Source: Bugula neritina
Taxonomy: Eukaryota; Animalia; Bryozoa
NCBI GenBank assembly: GCA_964035545.1
Contig: OZ037766.1
Location: 11,088,722-11,152,721, forward strand
Direction: 5' to 3'
Length of the DNA: 64,000 nucleotides
A model generated the notes under the pieces. The model ran no database searches. It was not told the origin of the DNA and saw only the letters and a program-made list of their open reading frames with translations. A program made the position numbers and the translations under genes. Shown here piece by piece: positions 44,160-59,200 of the stretch (positions within the stretch are counted from its first letter, which is position 1; every line of letters starts with the position of its first letter).

Positions 44160-44520
44160 AAATACTAAAAACGCACAAACTTTCAGTTTATTCCACTTGC
44201 AAATAATATTAAAATAATTGTCCTTTCATTTGGGAAAATTTCAAGTGGACTTGCAGCAGGTCTTTAGCGAGGTAAGAGAAAATACCTAACTATTTACTAT
44301 ATCCTTTTTCGAGGGATTCTAGTAACACCCAAAACGCGTTTAGGATCTTTGCCAATATCCGCTTCAACCAAACATTTCTATTTGTTTCTACCACAATGAC
44401 AGCGATTATAACCAAATTCAATGTTTTGAAATAAGTTCAGATTGATCATTGATATTTTTTATTTTCATTATTAATATTAATCACATGATGATGGAAAGAT
44501 TTATACGTTGAGATTGGTGA
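44160..44520. promoter_or_regulatory. Putative bidirectional promoter / non-coding first exons of ALDH9A1 (-) and STOML1 (+)
   Basis: Both ATG exons start with splice acceptors, so upstream exons are required. This interval is the only complex, CpG-retaining sequence (e.g. AAAACGCGTTT, ATATCCGCTT) between two low-complexity tracts and holds donor-like sites on both strands. Confidence 0.5.
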
Positions 44521-45497
44521 ATATCTGCTTTATTTTTTAGTTAGTTATACTTATACAGTTATAGAGTTAATAATTTGATCCTTATACTTTTACTTTAACT
44601 TATAAATATAAGTTATAAGTTAATGTTATACTTAAATTCTTAATCTTATATTTAATTTTATAAGTTATACTTATAGTTATACTTATACTTATTACTATTA
44701 GTATTACTTTAAGTTATACTTAATCTTATAGTTTACCTTTAAGTTAAAGTTATACTTATTTTTGCTGATTGCTCATACTGATAGTGATAGTGATACTGAT
44801 AGTGATAGTGAGTCATTGTAATTGTTATTTATTGTAACTGTCAGTATCACTATCACGCACTCACTCACTACTATCAGTATCATGGTAATGTGACCATCAA
44901 TTTGAATATGACTAACCATGCTATTTATAACAATATGTGTGCGAATTTCTTATGTAACAGAATAATCATTGATATACTAAATTCAATATACAGCAAATAT
45001 TACTGAATCTCAATTACACATTTAAGTTTGAAGTGGCTAGCAACACTAGTAATATTAAACATATCACTATCAGTAAGCAATAGGTTGATAAACAATAACA
45101 ACAGAAATGATAATTGATTTTCTTTAAACATATTTAAGAAGACTTATGAGAATTGAAGTTGTGTAAAATAGCTAACACGATTTTGTATAAATTAACCAAT
45201 GACCTCAAACTTGCAAAATATAATATATTAAAAATGAGCCACTAAACTTTTAGTTGTGAATTATGGTTGCTATGTCTATGTTATAAGTTTGTTAAGAATT
45301 TTTCTTAGCATTAATTGTTGTTTCTTTTTATTTTTCCAATTTGAACCATGCATTGTTGTAGATAACTTTATGCTTTGGTTCTTGAGAAAAAAATAATACC
45401 CAATAATTTTAAAGAAAGATCAATTTATGAATATTTTGTATTACATCCTAGCTACTTTTTAGCTTATTTAATGTTGAAATTTTTGTTATTTCTAGAA

Positions 45498-48400
45498 ATG
45501 GATGTTAGATATTCCAGGCTGATGAATACAGAAAGTAAAGAAAGTTCCCTTTTTGACTATTCGTCAGCCTTTAAATATGATTCAATTAGCCAAAACAACT
45601 ACAAGTCTGCATTCAAATATGAGAACCGTCAGTTGAATCAGTATGATGCTGAACTCGTTCTTAAATGTAGAGGTATGCTCGCATATGGTGTCCGTGTTTT
45701 GCTATGTATGTGTATCAACAAAGTTAGTTGTATACAAGCACATTCGTAAACTGTTTCCACAACAAGCATAATGCTTAGTTCATGCATTCAGCTGCACTTG
45801 TAACCTCTTTGAAAGATTATTGGTTTGTTATAATTTCTAATATTCCCTATAATATTTTTGCAGGTCTAAAGCATCGTAGTCTGATTGCAAAACTGTTTTA
45901 TTATGGAACAGTAGCCTTGTATTTCTTCCTCATAATTATAACTTTTCCGATATCAGCATGGTTTGTTATAAAGGTGAGAATTTGCTGCTAAACCTTTTGC
46001 AATGTAAGCTCTGTAGCTTTATTCTAATTAAACAAATCATAATGTTCCCAATATATTCTTTGGATTTTTAATGCTTTTGAGAAAATTTAAATTTTTTTTG
46101 ACAAAGCAAAAAATGAGCTCAAATGTCTAAAGCAGTCAGTCGCAAGATTTCTTATGATATTGAAAGTATTTGATCAGGTTAAAAACTTGCCACATGGAAC
46201 ATATTAAAATATTTGTTGAAAATGATCAAACTTTTGGTAATAAAATAAAATGACCATCTTCAAAAGAAAATCTGATCAAGGTATAGGAGGCAGGGGATTC
46301 ATTAAAACAACCTATAACTTTTCTTTTTATATTGCCACCAAGCACTGCTAAGTTATTTCATCTACTTGGTAGTATTTATGTTATATAACAGTTTTCTGGC
46401 TTTAAAAATTTCATAAACATTATTCATTAACCAATGTTTAGTTCAGGTCAACTGTTTGTGTTTTTCAAATTGAGTAGAAACTAAAATATTTTTCATCTAA
46501 AGTTTACTAACTTGTTGAAGTTGTAGGGTAGTGTACACGTTCTTTTTACTAACACTTCTGAAATTACTATATTTTAATGATTCTATACCTTACTTGCTAG
46601 TTTATACAATTTTTTGGTTGCCAAAAGTTTGTAGATGTTAATTGTAAATAATATACGAAAATGCTTACTATTTCTAGCGGGTGGCCAGTACAGAGCAGTT
46701 GGTTGTCTCAAGACTTGGTATCATAAAATGTATTAAAGGTCCAGGTAAGTGCTTCAATTTATTAAAAAATATTATGATACATAACATATTATAGTATCAC
46801 ATATAATCTGATATTATGATCATAAGCCAATGAAATATAAAATAGATAACTAATAGAAGAGGATCTTCTATTTGGAATTATGGGATCATGCTGGTTATAT
46901 ATAATGTTGTACAGCAATAAGTGATGAACTACTAGTTAAAGTAAATTATGTGGTTTAGCTTGACTATTGGTTGCCATCAGGCTATTAGTAATAAAGAGTA
47001 GTGAGTAATAAGTCAACACAACACAAAGCATGAAACAAAGTGATTTACTCCAAAAGCCCTGGGGCAGTGATTTATTAGTCATGTGACTTCTTTCTATTAA
47101 AGTTTATAATATGTCGCAGGAAATATTCTACACATTTATTGTCTTTTAAATCTAGCTGTGACGCTGGTTGCGCCTTTTATGGATGTAGCAAAGAAGTACA
47201 GCACAAGTCTTAGGTCATTCAATGTCCCTCCTCAAAAGGTATGTTCAGTCTTTAATCTGAGTGATTGATTAGAGTTGTCTTGCTTTAGTTTTGATTAACG
47301 TGACTGTGAGGTATGAAACTTTGTGATTTCAGTCAAATTGAGATGTTCAGCCATTTTGTTTAACAAAGCAGAAAGCACCAGAATGAGAGCAGAATATCAT
47401 TTGTTTTATTAGTATTCAGCATATACATGTATCTGTTTGAAGTCAATAGTATTTATCACCATGTGTCCTGAGTTGTTGAAACTCAATGTTGACACTCTAT
47501 CTTTCTCAGATACTTACCTCAGACGGGCTGCTTGTGGAGGTGGGAGGTGTCCTCAGGTACCAGATAACTAACGCTGAGAAGGCCTGCTTTGCTGCACAGG
47601 ATATAGACCACACAATGAGAGTCACAGCTCAGGCTACCACAAGCAGATATATTCACCAGATAAAGGAGAAGGAACTCACTGACAATAGCATGATCAACTT
47701 GATAAACTCAGACTTGAAGGTGTGTGTGTTTGTTTGTTTTATTTATTTCATCAACATGATATTTAGAAAACATTATAAATGTCATGTGGCTAGTACCTGG
47801 CTTTTAAGTAGATTTAGGTATTCAGAAAAATTTAGGATATAGCTAATTTTTTGTTGAATATATATATCTAACAGTTAGAAAGGGTGATAAAAGTTTATTA
47901 AAACATTTTATAGCTATTAGTTTCATGTGTTTATGCCACAATCATCAGAAAAAGAGTGTATATAAGATAATATATATTCTTTAAACAGATTTATTTAAAT
48001 CTTTCAGATGCAAACAGCCATTTCAGAATACATGAGTAAAGTATATGGCTGTTGAACACATAAAATATTTGCATTGAATGATGCCTAAATATTATGAAAC
48101 CAAGTCACCTAGCCTTGCTTTAGCTTGGGGATATAAGTTAAATGATGCAGTGGTGAGGCCTGCCATGCCGTTTGATACTGTAAAGTTTAAACCTCACTCT
48201 AGGCATTTTTCTACATTAAGTTATAGTTTTAGTTATTTTACTATCAACTATCTAGGTTGTTTTATTGCTGGAAGGGCATGCGGCATTATAATAAATTTTA
48301 TAGATTTGTTTGTTCGTTTGTAGGTTCTAGCCATTTCTTGTTTTATTTTCAGATTGAGCTGCAAAAATCATTTCTGCCTTGGGGAGTTGCAGTGAATGCT

Positions 48401-50426
48401 TACGAAATGTATGTATTGTATTGCATGTATTCTTTCTTAAATGAAAGTAGTGCACCGCATCACCTATAATGTCACACCTTCAACATCAAATGGTTAAAGA
48501 AATATCTATGCAAGTATGCTTCAATGTTTTAGAACTGGACTAAAACCTGTACTAAGGGTTGAGCAACAAGACGCTTTAACTGGAGTTATAGAGCCTCTGA
48601 AACAGTGGTTCTTTGGGGGTCATGAGGTGGACTCCACTTCACCCATGGCCCAAATGATGAGTATGTATGCTAATGCAGTACCGACACCAGCCACAAGCTC
48701 CAGTGAGTCTATTATATCTTGACACTGATAATGTAAACATTTAAATAATTTTGTAGCCAATATATTTGACTGATTTTTTCAAACCGAGTTCTGTTTGAAT
48801 GCAAGCTAAAAAGTAAATTTTATAGATAATCTACACAGTGCTTTCAATTACCTTATAGATGTAACATAATCAAAATTTGTAAACTTCATGAGCTCATTAA
48901 ATCTTTGTGTGGCTCAGAGATTTAAAAAATTAAATGAAAAAGTTGATTATATATTCCTTGTCATAATTTTCCAAACAAGTATATTTTTCACTATAACAGA
49001 GTTTCTGTTACATTTAGTAATTGATAAGCTTTAATATGTACATAGAGACACAATAGTTATAAATTACTAATCCTTATTAGTATGTTATGTAATAAAATAT
49101 CATATATACACCATGTTTCTAGCTTTTAGCTATGTGAATACACAGTACATCACCTGTATGTTATGTAATGTAATATCATTAGCCACATTTGAATATTCTT
49201 CATATAAACAAATCTAAATTTAGTATATCTATGCTGTTATCAAATGCAATATTTATCCTTATATCTACCATACTATTTTGTGTGCCTTAACCACTGTTTT
49301 CTGGCAATTTAGGAAGTTTTGTTTATATGTTCTGCTATGAATTAATAGTGTGGTAGACGATAGTTACACAAAGTCCTGCAAAACCTTGACTATGTGTAAC
49401 TATAATCTTGTTAAATTTGCAGCTCTCTAAACTTGAAGCAGAAATTATTTTCATATATGAAAGCTCTGTAACACTCAATTAATGTCACTCTTTCATTACA
49501 CCAATTGATTTTTTTTTCAAATTTTGAAGGTACTTTTAAGAATAATTAATATTATTTTGCTGCCAGCAATAATATGAGATTGTGCTGGAAAAGAACTATG
49601 TAGTTGAATGCATGGTGATGAATATCACAGTGTTGTAGTTGAATGAACTTTTTAGCTATGCAAATGATGACCCAAGATGCCACTGTTCATGCTACACCAG
49701 CTGCAACTTCGTCAACTGCAACTTCATCAGCAGACTTAGCCAGCTTGAGGCACAAGCTCTCTGCCAGCGATCTCCTTGCAGCCGTCAAGACAATCTCGAA
49801 CCGCCAGTTGGTTTCCCAAATTGGCGTAGTCTATAAATTTATTATACCAGATGATGAAACCAGGACGTACTATATGGACCTCAAGCACGGTATGCAGCTC
49901 TCAAATTAAGTAACTTTCTTGTAGTAGTTCATAGGCTTCAAATTTTCATACTATCTACTGAACTCTAGCCTTCTGCTTGTTTTCAGAGTTGTCTCATCGT
50001 TGTTGAAGTGCAGGCAACAGTTAGCGCTCAAGGCATTTACTTAGTAGACCGTGTCATATCAGATATCAATGCTATGTCATTATAATTGCTTTTTAGCCAT
50101 TTTATATATTGTATTGATATAAGATATTTTTAACATTTAAATAGTATTTGATGCAATTACTGTATAACATTTACTCACCTCTGGTTTGCCAATATGTAGG
50201 GGAGGGTGACTGTGGCCCAGGAGAACCCCCTGTAGGAGAAGCTGACACTGTTATTACAGTAACACTTGCAGACATGCAGCTGATGTTCACAGGAGCACTG
50301 CAGCCTTTTAATGCCTACATGTCTGGAGCACTGAGCATTTCTGGTGACATATCAGGGGCTATGAAGTTGGACCAGCTAGTCTCTAGTATAGCCTCCATAT
50401 CTTCTTTACCAGATGTTCAGTGTTGA
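45498..50426 (+). CDS. STOML1: Stomatin-like protein 1 (STOML1 / UNC-24): SPFH domain plus C-terminal SCP2 sterol-carrier domain, 443 aa, 9 coding exons
   Basis: Exons 45498-45672, 45864-45973, 46678-46744, 47156-47238, 47510-47719, 48353-48408, 48533-48702, 49656-49889, 50200-50426; 1332 nt, phases consistent. N-terminal YSRL sorting-like motif, membrane hairpin LIIITFPISAWF, SPFH motifs RLG...KGP, RSFNVPPQKILTSDG, PWGV; SCP2 motifs YYMDLKHGEG...LQPFNAYMSGALSISGD..GAMKL. Confidence 0.92.
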
Positions 50427-53213
50427 ACAAGAACAAACTACTTAAGATATCAACTGTACTATTTATTTAGCGTCTAATGATATTTTCATAACTTATAATT
50501 TATTATTTTTCGGTATTGTTCATGATAATTATACAAATTATCGCTTTTAGTCTTTTTTTAGTTCTCTTTTATATTGTTAAGCCTTAACATGAAATAGGTT
50601 CAGCCTCTCGACAATGTTATTTTTCTATTATTAAATTATTATAAAGAGTTTTATTTACAATAATTATATGTTACAGACTTGTTACTATTAAGGTATTGTT
50701 ATTTGCATGAGTCTTAAAAATAATATACATGATTGTTGTTATAAAATATGCAAGTGTCTACTGTATAAATACTGAGTGAGATTTATTCTGAGCATACTGA
50801 TATACTCCGGCTCAATATATTGTATTTTGCAGCTGTAATACAAATTATTGTGTTGGAGTGAGAATGAAGCTGTTATGTTTATATGTTCAGAAGATAGTAA
50901 AGTCTTTAAATATAACACTGTAACAGTTTTAATAGACTACAAAACAAGTTTACCTGCATTAAAGAAAATTGATCTGGATTTAAGAACCAATGCAAAAGCA
51001 AAGAAACTTTCACTTTCTTAAAAATAAAGATTAAAGGGCGCATTCAGTTTAAATTACTGGATATGCTTATATTTTGCTGTTATTTTACATTCTGCTGATG
51101 AAAAATATTTATATTTAAACCTCCTAAATATACTCCATAGATTCTTGGATGTTTTAATGCCATTTAAAATACTTCATGAAGCTTTGGAGTTATCTAACCT
51201 TTTGTATATTCAGCAAGTTAATTTTCTATTTTTTGCAGGCAGCTTGTTAAAATTGCTTTCATGCATTCTGCTCTATTTAATTGGCAATTAATGAAAAATT
51301 ACATATCAACTTTTGAAATTCAGTTCAACAAAGTAGATGATAATGTGTTAGCGCACTTCGCATTCACAAAATTTCTATTTCATGTTCCTATATGCATTAG
51401 CAAATCGTATAATGGTGTTATTGCAATTGGCAGTAAACCTAAAAACAATAGCAACCTATGTTAATTATCGTAGTGAAGTAAAAGCTTTGTCACAAAGATA
51501 GTGTTTTTATCATTCTTGACAAATTAGAGCTATTGGGACAAAATGTAAGATGCACAATGTTTCATTGAGCCTATCAGAAAAAGTGAAGTCTTAAAAGCAA
51601 CTTTTTTATTTAAAGAGAGGCACTTTCACAATTAATGATTTTGAGAAGATAACTCTAAGCTTCATATGATAGTTTGGTTGATAACAATATAAGCTGGCAC
51701 ATTACCATATTTTGGCTTAGCAGGAGGCAGGCTTTTAAATTTGGTCAATCTGCTGCATAATATATGTTTAAGGAAGCGATTTACATATAATTATGCAGGA
51801 AAAGAGGTGATATGAAAAAACAGTTATTATGGTGTTCCAGCAAGTTTTTGTAGGCTAATAAACATTTTAATGTATGAGCTGTTAGTTATTTCATTTGCTA
51901 AAAATTTAGGTGGATCAATTAAAGATAAAATGGCCATGGTCCATTATGCATTAATCGGAGTTATCACCAAGATACTAACATCTAAATGGTCATCACTTTT
52001 GAATGCAGGTCAAGAAATGCTTGACACATTGTGAAACTATTTAATATAAATATAACTTAAGCTGCATTATATGCTAATAGACTCAATATTTCCAGATAAT
52101 ATAGCCACTATACGCAGTATAGCTCTGTTTTGATATTTATTGTTAGCATGGTATTATAGGTTATAACTCTTAGAGGGGTGGCAAGATGCTAATCAATCAA
52201 TGTTTAATTTCAATATATGGGTACAGCATATGATGAACTTCAATAGGCTTTCTTATATAACAATGTCTGCTAGACATATGTTATAATATATGTCTGGTTA
52301 TTGCCACTCTTGTTTGTAGATTGGCTTATTTGACGACCCTTTGCACTCCCCTAATTTACACTAATTAGTTAAATAGTGAGACAATATATAAATTTGTATT
52401 AATTAATTTGCAATTGTTGAAACTTTTAACGTCCATTATAAAAACCGACAAATCTTTTTCTCCTGAGCCTGCTAGATAGAGCAAGAAATTGAACATGTTG
52501 TTCTGACACTTTATTGGTGTATAAATTTTAAAAAGTTTTGAACACCATATAAGTATTTGTTGCAAAAAATTGGTCTATATGTGAAAAATATCGACATTAA
52601 TGTTTCACACATTATTCTAAATGCTTCACAACAATAGTCAACAGTAGCTTTGCTCTTGGGTAATGTTTGCATGTAAGATAATTATACATTAGTTCAAGTT
52701 TTAATACTATAATAAAGATTGAAAACATTAAAATTTAGTATTATATTATAACTGAATGATATGAAAATTTAATTTAATCACAAATTAAAATATAGAGAGC
52801 AAGTTCGTTGAATGGTACACTTTTAAAGTAGGCTTCATATAAAAAGTCATATGACTAATATTGCATTTGCATTGCATAAGAGATTGATAATAATTACATA
52901 GAATAACGATAGGTATTAGAAAAAGTATATAAATACTATAGACTACAATGCAACTTATCTATAAACTTTGTAAAAAATTATGAATTGGGTATAACATATT
53001 CTGGCCAGCAGAATGTAACACAGTTAAACAAAACTTATATTTTAAAAAAGGTATCTTTGATAAAGCCTAAGATTTTATAGAATGTTCACCATGCTATTTT
53101 ATCTACAAAATGTGCATGACACTTTGACCCTTACATGATATACAATTATTCTGTGTTGTAAATTTATCTAATATGAATCACAATTTCTATAAGTGCCGCC
53201 ATTGACACAGAGC

Positions 53214-56200
53214 TTATAGAGGTGCTGCTGATGACAAAGTGGGTGACGTATCAGTTGATCCAACTATTGTATAACCTGTAGATGACAAAGTATTTCTACT
53301 TTCTGAAGAACTTTTCTTGTCATACAGCTCACCTTTATCAGCAGGCTACAAGTAGTGTTAAAAAGCTCTATCTACAACTTTCAACTACCAAAATGCTAAG
53401 CGTCAACTACCAAACATTTGTAAAATTATCTAAACTTATTTTTACCAGCTGCTTATGGCCACATGCCCATTTTATACAACTAAAAACTGGTAAAACAATC
53501 AATCATATCATTGTGTCACAAGATATAGTGTTTTATAACAATAATATTATGCAGTTTAAAGTTATGCAATAGAAATAAATCTGAAAAGAATATTATATTT
53601 GAATATTATAATACTCACTGTTTCACTCTCATAACTGATATTCTGTCTTTTCATTACATACCAACAAGCAACAAAAGTCAACATCCCAAATAAGTGCAGC
53701 CCAGCACAGATTCCTAAAATTATTTTGAAATGTTGAGTGGCTCTCTTTCAAATGTTATACAGATAATTTCAAGAGTAGTAATACTTGTAGTTATAATAAA
53801 CATTAAGTGGGTGTTCATTTCAATTTATTATTCTTCCCTTCAGATATTATAAATTAGCCAAACTTGCTGATGTAGGCTAGTACAAAAGAAATACAGTAGT
53901 TTGAGGATATTTGATCTTTTGACTATATAGCCTTTGAAGTAACTAAAGGGTGCATGTTCTAATACTATATGCTAATGATACTAGTAATTGCAGACTAGTT
54001 AGTATATGATGCTCAATGTCCACTGTAGAGACCTTGATACTGATAAACAAGTAAAAAATATTAGATAGAAGCTGGAGTAAAATCAAGATTTCGCTATAAC
54101 ATGTGTTTAGTGAAAATGTTAAATGCTTACTTTACTTTGAGGAATGCATTTAAACATATTTTTGGCGCTAATATTTACCCCCATATTTATATCTGAAAGC
54201 TTCCACATTGTATATCAGGCAGTTTTTTCTTTTTCCACACTCATATTTCCACCACAAGCAAGTTGTGTCTATTATGTTACCAAATATAATTGGGGCAGGG
54301 AGCAATGCTGTCAAATGAAACAGAATATACAATATATTGCAATTAGCTAACACTATATATACATATACAAAGCTGTATTATATATACAAATATAAAAATA
54401 AAGATGTAATAAGCCAATTTAGAATTTAAAAAATTATTTGAAATTTGGAAAATAAAATGGTCTCTTTATAGGATGAAAACATATAGTAATGAAATTATTG
54501 CATAGTGCAACTTATTAAATAATTTATGTTGCATTAAGAAGTAGTGTCTTACTTATTGTATATTAAATTACACCATAGCTGAATCCCATGATGTAAACTA
54601 TATTTCATATTCGAATATATAAACTGTAGGCTTTGCATGGTGCAATATTTTACAGTTTCTTTTCCCAGAACCTGGCCATAGTTCCTGGCTGTATACTGCA
54701 GCACTCAATATTACATTTGACTACCTGAAGTAGTCAACTACTAACTAAATCAAATTATAGCTAAGTCTGAGGTAAAAAGCCATCACTTACCACAAACTCT
54801 AATCATCACCATTTGAATACCAAGACTAAAGGATCTCATATCTTCTTCTACACACCTGATTAGTAGAACTTATATAAATATAAGCGTTACTATTACAAAT
54901 AACCAGTTTCAGAATTTGATTATTTTATAGGCACCTAATCCTTCTCTATATTGTTACAACTTTTAAAAATGAATGGGCTCTGAAATCAAACTAACTTTTG
55001 TAATACGGAAAATTATTTTATAGACGTTGAAGGTGACCAATATTGAAAAGCTTCATCTGCACTACTGGCACGGTCTCTGATAAACATATGCAATGCAACA
55101 TCTTAGCAGTTCTATGCTGTGACTGAGCCACTATTTCTCCTCATTAAGTCTAGGAGAGCATCACTAATAAACAACATGACTGATGTAGAAGAGTCTGTAC
55201 ACAAGATAAAAGTCTATCCTATGCCTATGGAATATGTTTCTACTAAATAAAACATTAAAAGTGACTTCATATATAATGACAACCTAAAAGAACTCATTGA
55301 ATATAGTGAGCCACCATTCAAGCAACTACTATATTTAGAGAGCGTAGATGTTTGCTAGTGAGCTATCAAGCATAACAGCAGTTTCTCTGCCATTACTAAA
55401 ATATGCAAATGAGTAACTAGCAAAATGTCAATCACCAGCTGATTCATTATAATTATGTAGTCGCAAAAACAGGCGTATTGACAATTTTTGAACCACCCTT
55501 TTGACCAGTTTTTAAAAAGTTAATATGCTGATAATGTGGGTACTGACAGACTAAGTAGTCGGATAATCTGCATATGACACAAGTAAAGCATGAACCTACT
55601 ATGTAGATAGGATGTGCTGAGCTTACCTTATGGTAACCATAGTTATTGGAGTCTTGAGTGCAGCTATTAGGAAGCTAATTGCCAGTACAAGTAGAATGAA
55701 AGGAATCAGCATACCACAGTGTTTTGTACAAGCACCTGCTTCCACTTGTCCAGGTACAAGATCTGACTCAATACAGGAACAACTCTAAAAAGAATTATTT
55801 GTTGAAATGATAAATGATAAGAACTCAAGTTTATAGAGTGAAAAGAGAAACGTTAGAAATTCAGAAACAGTAGCAAATGAAACAACATTTAAGCTGATAT
55901 TATTATACATTATGTATCTGTTTATTAATATTGATAGTGTGTACTTGTAAAGTGTCGTTGGAGAAGACTTTACACCCTGCATGGCATGAACTGAAATAAG
56001 TAATAGAGTTGGGTCCACAGACTGGAATGTATACATTTGCTGAACAGGAGCAATCACTGTTGCACTCATTTGTCAGATTACTTGTTGAGGAACTCAGTCG
56101 TTTGATGGGGTCCATGCTATGAAAATAAATTATTGATCAGACATAAGTATTGGTAGTGAGCAAGTACAGAATAAATACACACCAAATGCACATAGATGGA

Positions 56201-59200
56201 GTTCAGGGTACAACATGCAAAGACTGATTAAGCTTTTAAAAGCAATCCATCATTTTGAAACTGTATAGATGGAATACTACCAGCCAAGCAACTAATTTCA
56301 ATAATTAAACATCAGGACAGTTGCACAATCATTGTGTAATTTTTGTTTGTGCAGCAGCCAAAGCAGATAAACATTTTTAATATAGCTATAGTATTTTTCT
56401 AAGATTAAAAGAGTTTGGGTGTGTAGAATAAATTCACTTCTAACTACACTATTTTCACCCAACTTCGGTTTCTAGCCTTTAGTTTAAAGAGAAGTCTAAA
56501 GTCATATTAAAAACTGACTTCTTATATGTTTCAATTATTCATTAGAATCAATTTTTGTTATCTATCTCAAGTTTATATGTGTAAATTGAGTCTAGAGAAA
56601 GTGCAAATAGCAATGCATAGTTTCTTTCACCTAAAATAAACATCTTTTGCAAAAACTTTCTCTAGACACTCATCACATCTGGTTGGCTACCTATATTCTT
56701 AACAAAAATTGATTACAGCCTCACTGCAAAATAAGTAATCATGAACTAAATACAGTTATTCATTAATAAAGAAGATTAAAATATATTGGTATGAAAGGCT
56801 TAACGCATAGGTTGAGAGTTCAACCAGAGTTCATGATCATATCCAGCATATCAGACAATAAATAGTGGTTAGTAACTTATATACACCAGTGTGATCTATT
56901 AACTTTAACCCTTTGATATATACTAAGTTACTTGAGAGGAGGAAAAGTTGATGAACACATGATTACTGTCATCCACTAGATTGTTGGATCTATTCAGATA
57001 TAACTCATTGGTTGAATCAGCAATCTATTTAGCTTAGAAAACTGCGTTCTTTGTTATTAATTTATGCTATTGTTAGCACCGAGGTTAGTACAAAGTTAGG
57101 TAACCAGGGAGAGGTACCTTACAACTTCAAATATAAGTAGGTTTTGCAGTGGCTCAGAAAGCCAGTGGTTATTGGCAGTAGAAACGCTATTTGTTCACTC
57201 ACCTGTTGAAGTATGGCACGGTGACACCAGCTATTTGTGCATTGTCACACCCAAATATGAAGGCTAGAGAGAAACAAGCCAAGCACAGCACACTCAATAT
57301 TATGGTCAGTTGAATTGCTCCTAAAAAATACCATTTTGATTTACTGAGCAAGTAGTTTTCAATAATCAAAGTTATATAATACAAATAATTATCACTGTTT
57401 TTATTTCGAGTTCTATAAAAATAATTATAACTCGATATCTACTTTCTTAAGAAGTTGCATTTATTTGTGATAGGAAGCAGAGCTGTTAACTTACCTTTGG
57501 GAGTAAGTTTTAGATATTTGAGAAGCATTCCAGAGGACAAGATGCCGAGAGCAGCTCCAGGAACAGCCACTGAACCTGTATAAGATGAGCACCGCATTTA
57601 TCAGAAGAAAAAAATTGCTGGACACTGCAGATAGCAACAAAAGTCTGCATTGTGTATCTATACAATACATTATCTAGTTCTCCTGTGCACGTGGTGAATA
57701 GATTCCAAGGTGATCAGCATTAACAACAATAGTTATGTAATAGACTTTTCACTGCTCCTAAAAAATCATGTTAGCTGGGTATAGTGGTTTTAGGGTAATC
57801 AGTGAAATGGGTTGAGTCACTGGAGGGTAGCTCAAGTCATGTTATTAAATAACCAAGTCATGTCAAGTCAAGTCATAATTGAAACAAAACATCCAAGTTG
57901 ATTAGAGCTGAAGAATTGATTTAGAAGCGACCAAACTCTTTCAAATACTAAATATTTAATAGATATAATTAAATAGTGGTGTTGGATTCAGCTATTTTAA
58001 ATGTGTATATACTTGAAATGATGAATAATAGGAAAATGGTCACTATATTACAGCAGTTAAAATGAAATCTTTTAAATAACACTGGTATTATAGTTATCTA
58101 ATTTAATTTGAGTAATTTTACTTACAAAAGTTATTGACTTATCCAGGTTTACCAAATTGTTATGCTTACTACAACTTTTAATCAATATTTTTCACAATTT
58201 CAGCAAGTCATTCAATATTTTCTTTAATAAGAAGAATAAGCTAAGCTGATGCTTCTGATAAGTGCAGAAATTTCAGACTCAAGTCACTTACACTTAACTC
58301 TGGTAACCAGAAGCATTGAACTTTAAACTCCTAAATAATACACTCCAGTACGTGTAAGCTACAGTGTACGCTACAGTGTGAGCATAATGTATTGTAAATA
58401 TTATACTCAGGAAAATCAGTAGTAAATTAAATTTATAAATAAATGGGTTAATGACACAAATCTTGGACGATTATAAATAGGATATTGTACCTATTGCATA
58501 CACTAAATAACACCAGTACCTCAAACCTGAAGGATGGAACAAAAAGGATGGCTTATAGCTAATATTTTGCCACCAAGAGAGCTACATTGCGACATAATTA
58601 ATACAATAAAGTATTAATATATAACAATGAATTGCCTAAAAGTAGAACATGAATAGATTTTCAAAGAAGTAAGGTAGTTACAAATATACTACAGGCATAA
58701 TAGAATACTATGCAGCATATTAATTTCTAGGCATAGATTGACAGCATTGTATTACCATTTGATACCAGCATTTATCAATGATGTAATATAATTATGCAAT
58801 TCAACTTTCAAGAGATATAGGGGTTGCCTTTCTTGTGTACTCCAGTTTTAGACCTTATTAGTTTACTAATAATTGAACAATACAATGTAGTGAGGGAAGT
58901 CTTTCAATTATAAATGAATTTCAAGTAGTAATATATATAAGTATAAGTATTAATCATAGCCTTCAAGACTTGCAGCAAGTCTACTGTACCATTCATTGTA
59001 GGTAATTAATAGTTAGTTTGACAGGCTAGTCAAGAACACTTTAGGTGTGGGCAGTAACTAGAGACTGCCAACTACAAAATGACAGTCTGTTACAGCTTCA
59101 TGCTATCAGATTCGATTTCAACACACTGTTTTAGTAAACTGATGTTGTTGAGTGTTGGGTAAGCTCTACAACCTATTGTAGGCTCTGCACCTCTAAATTA

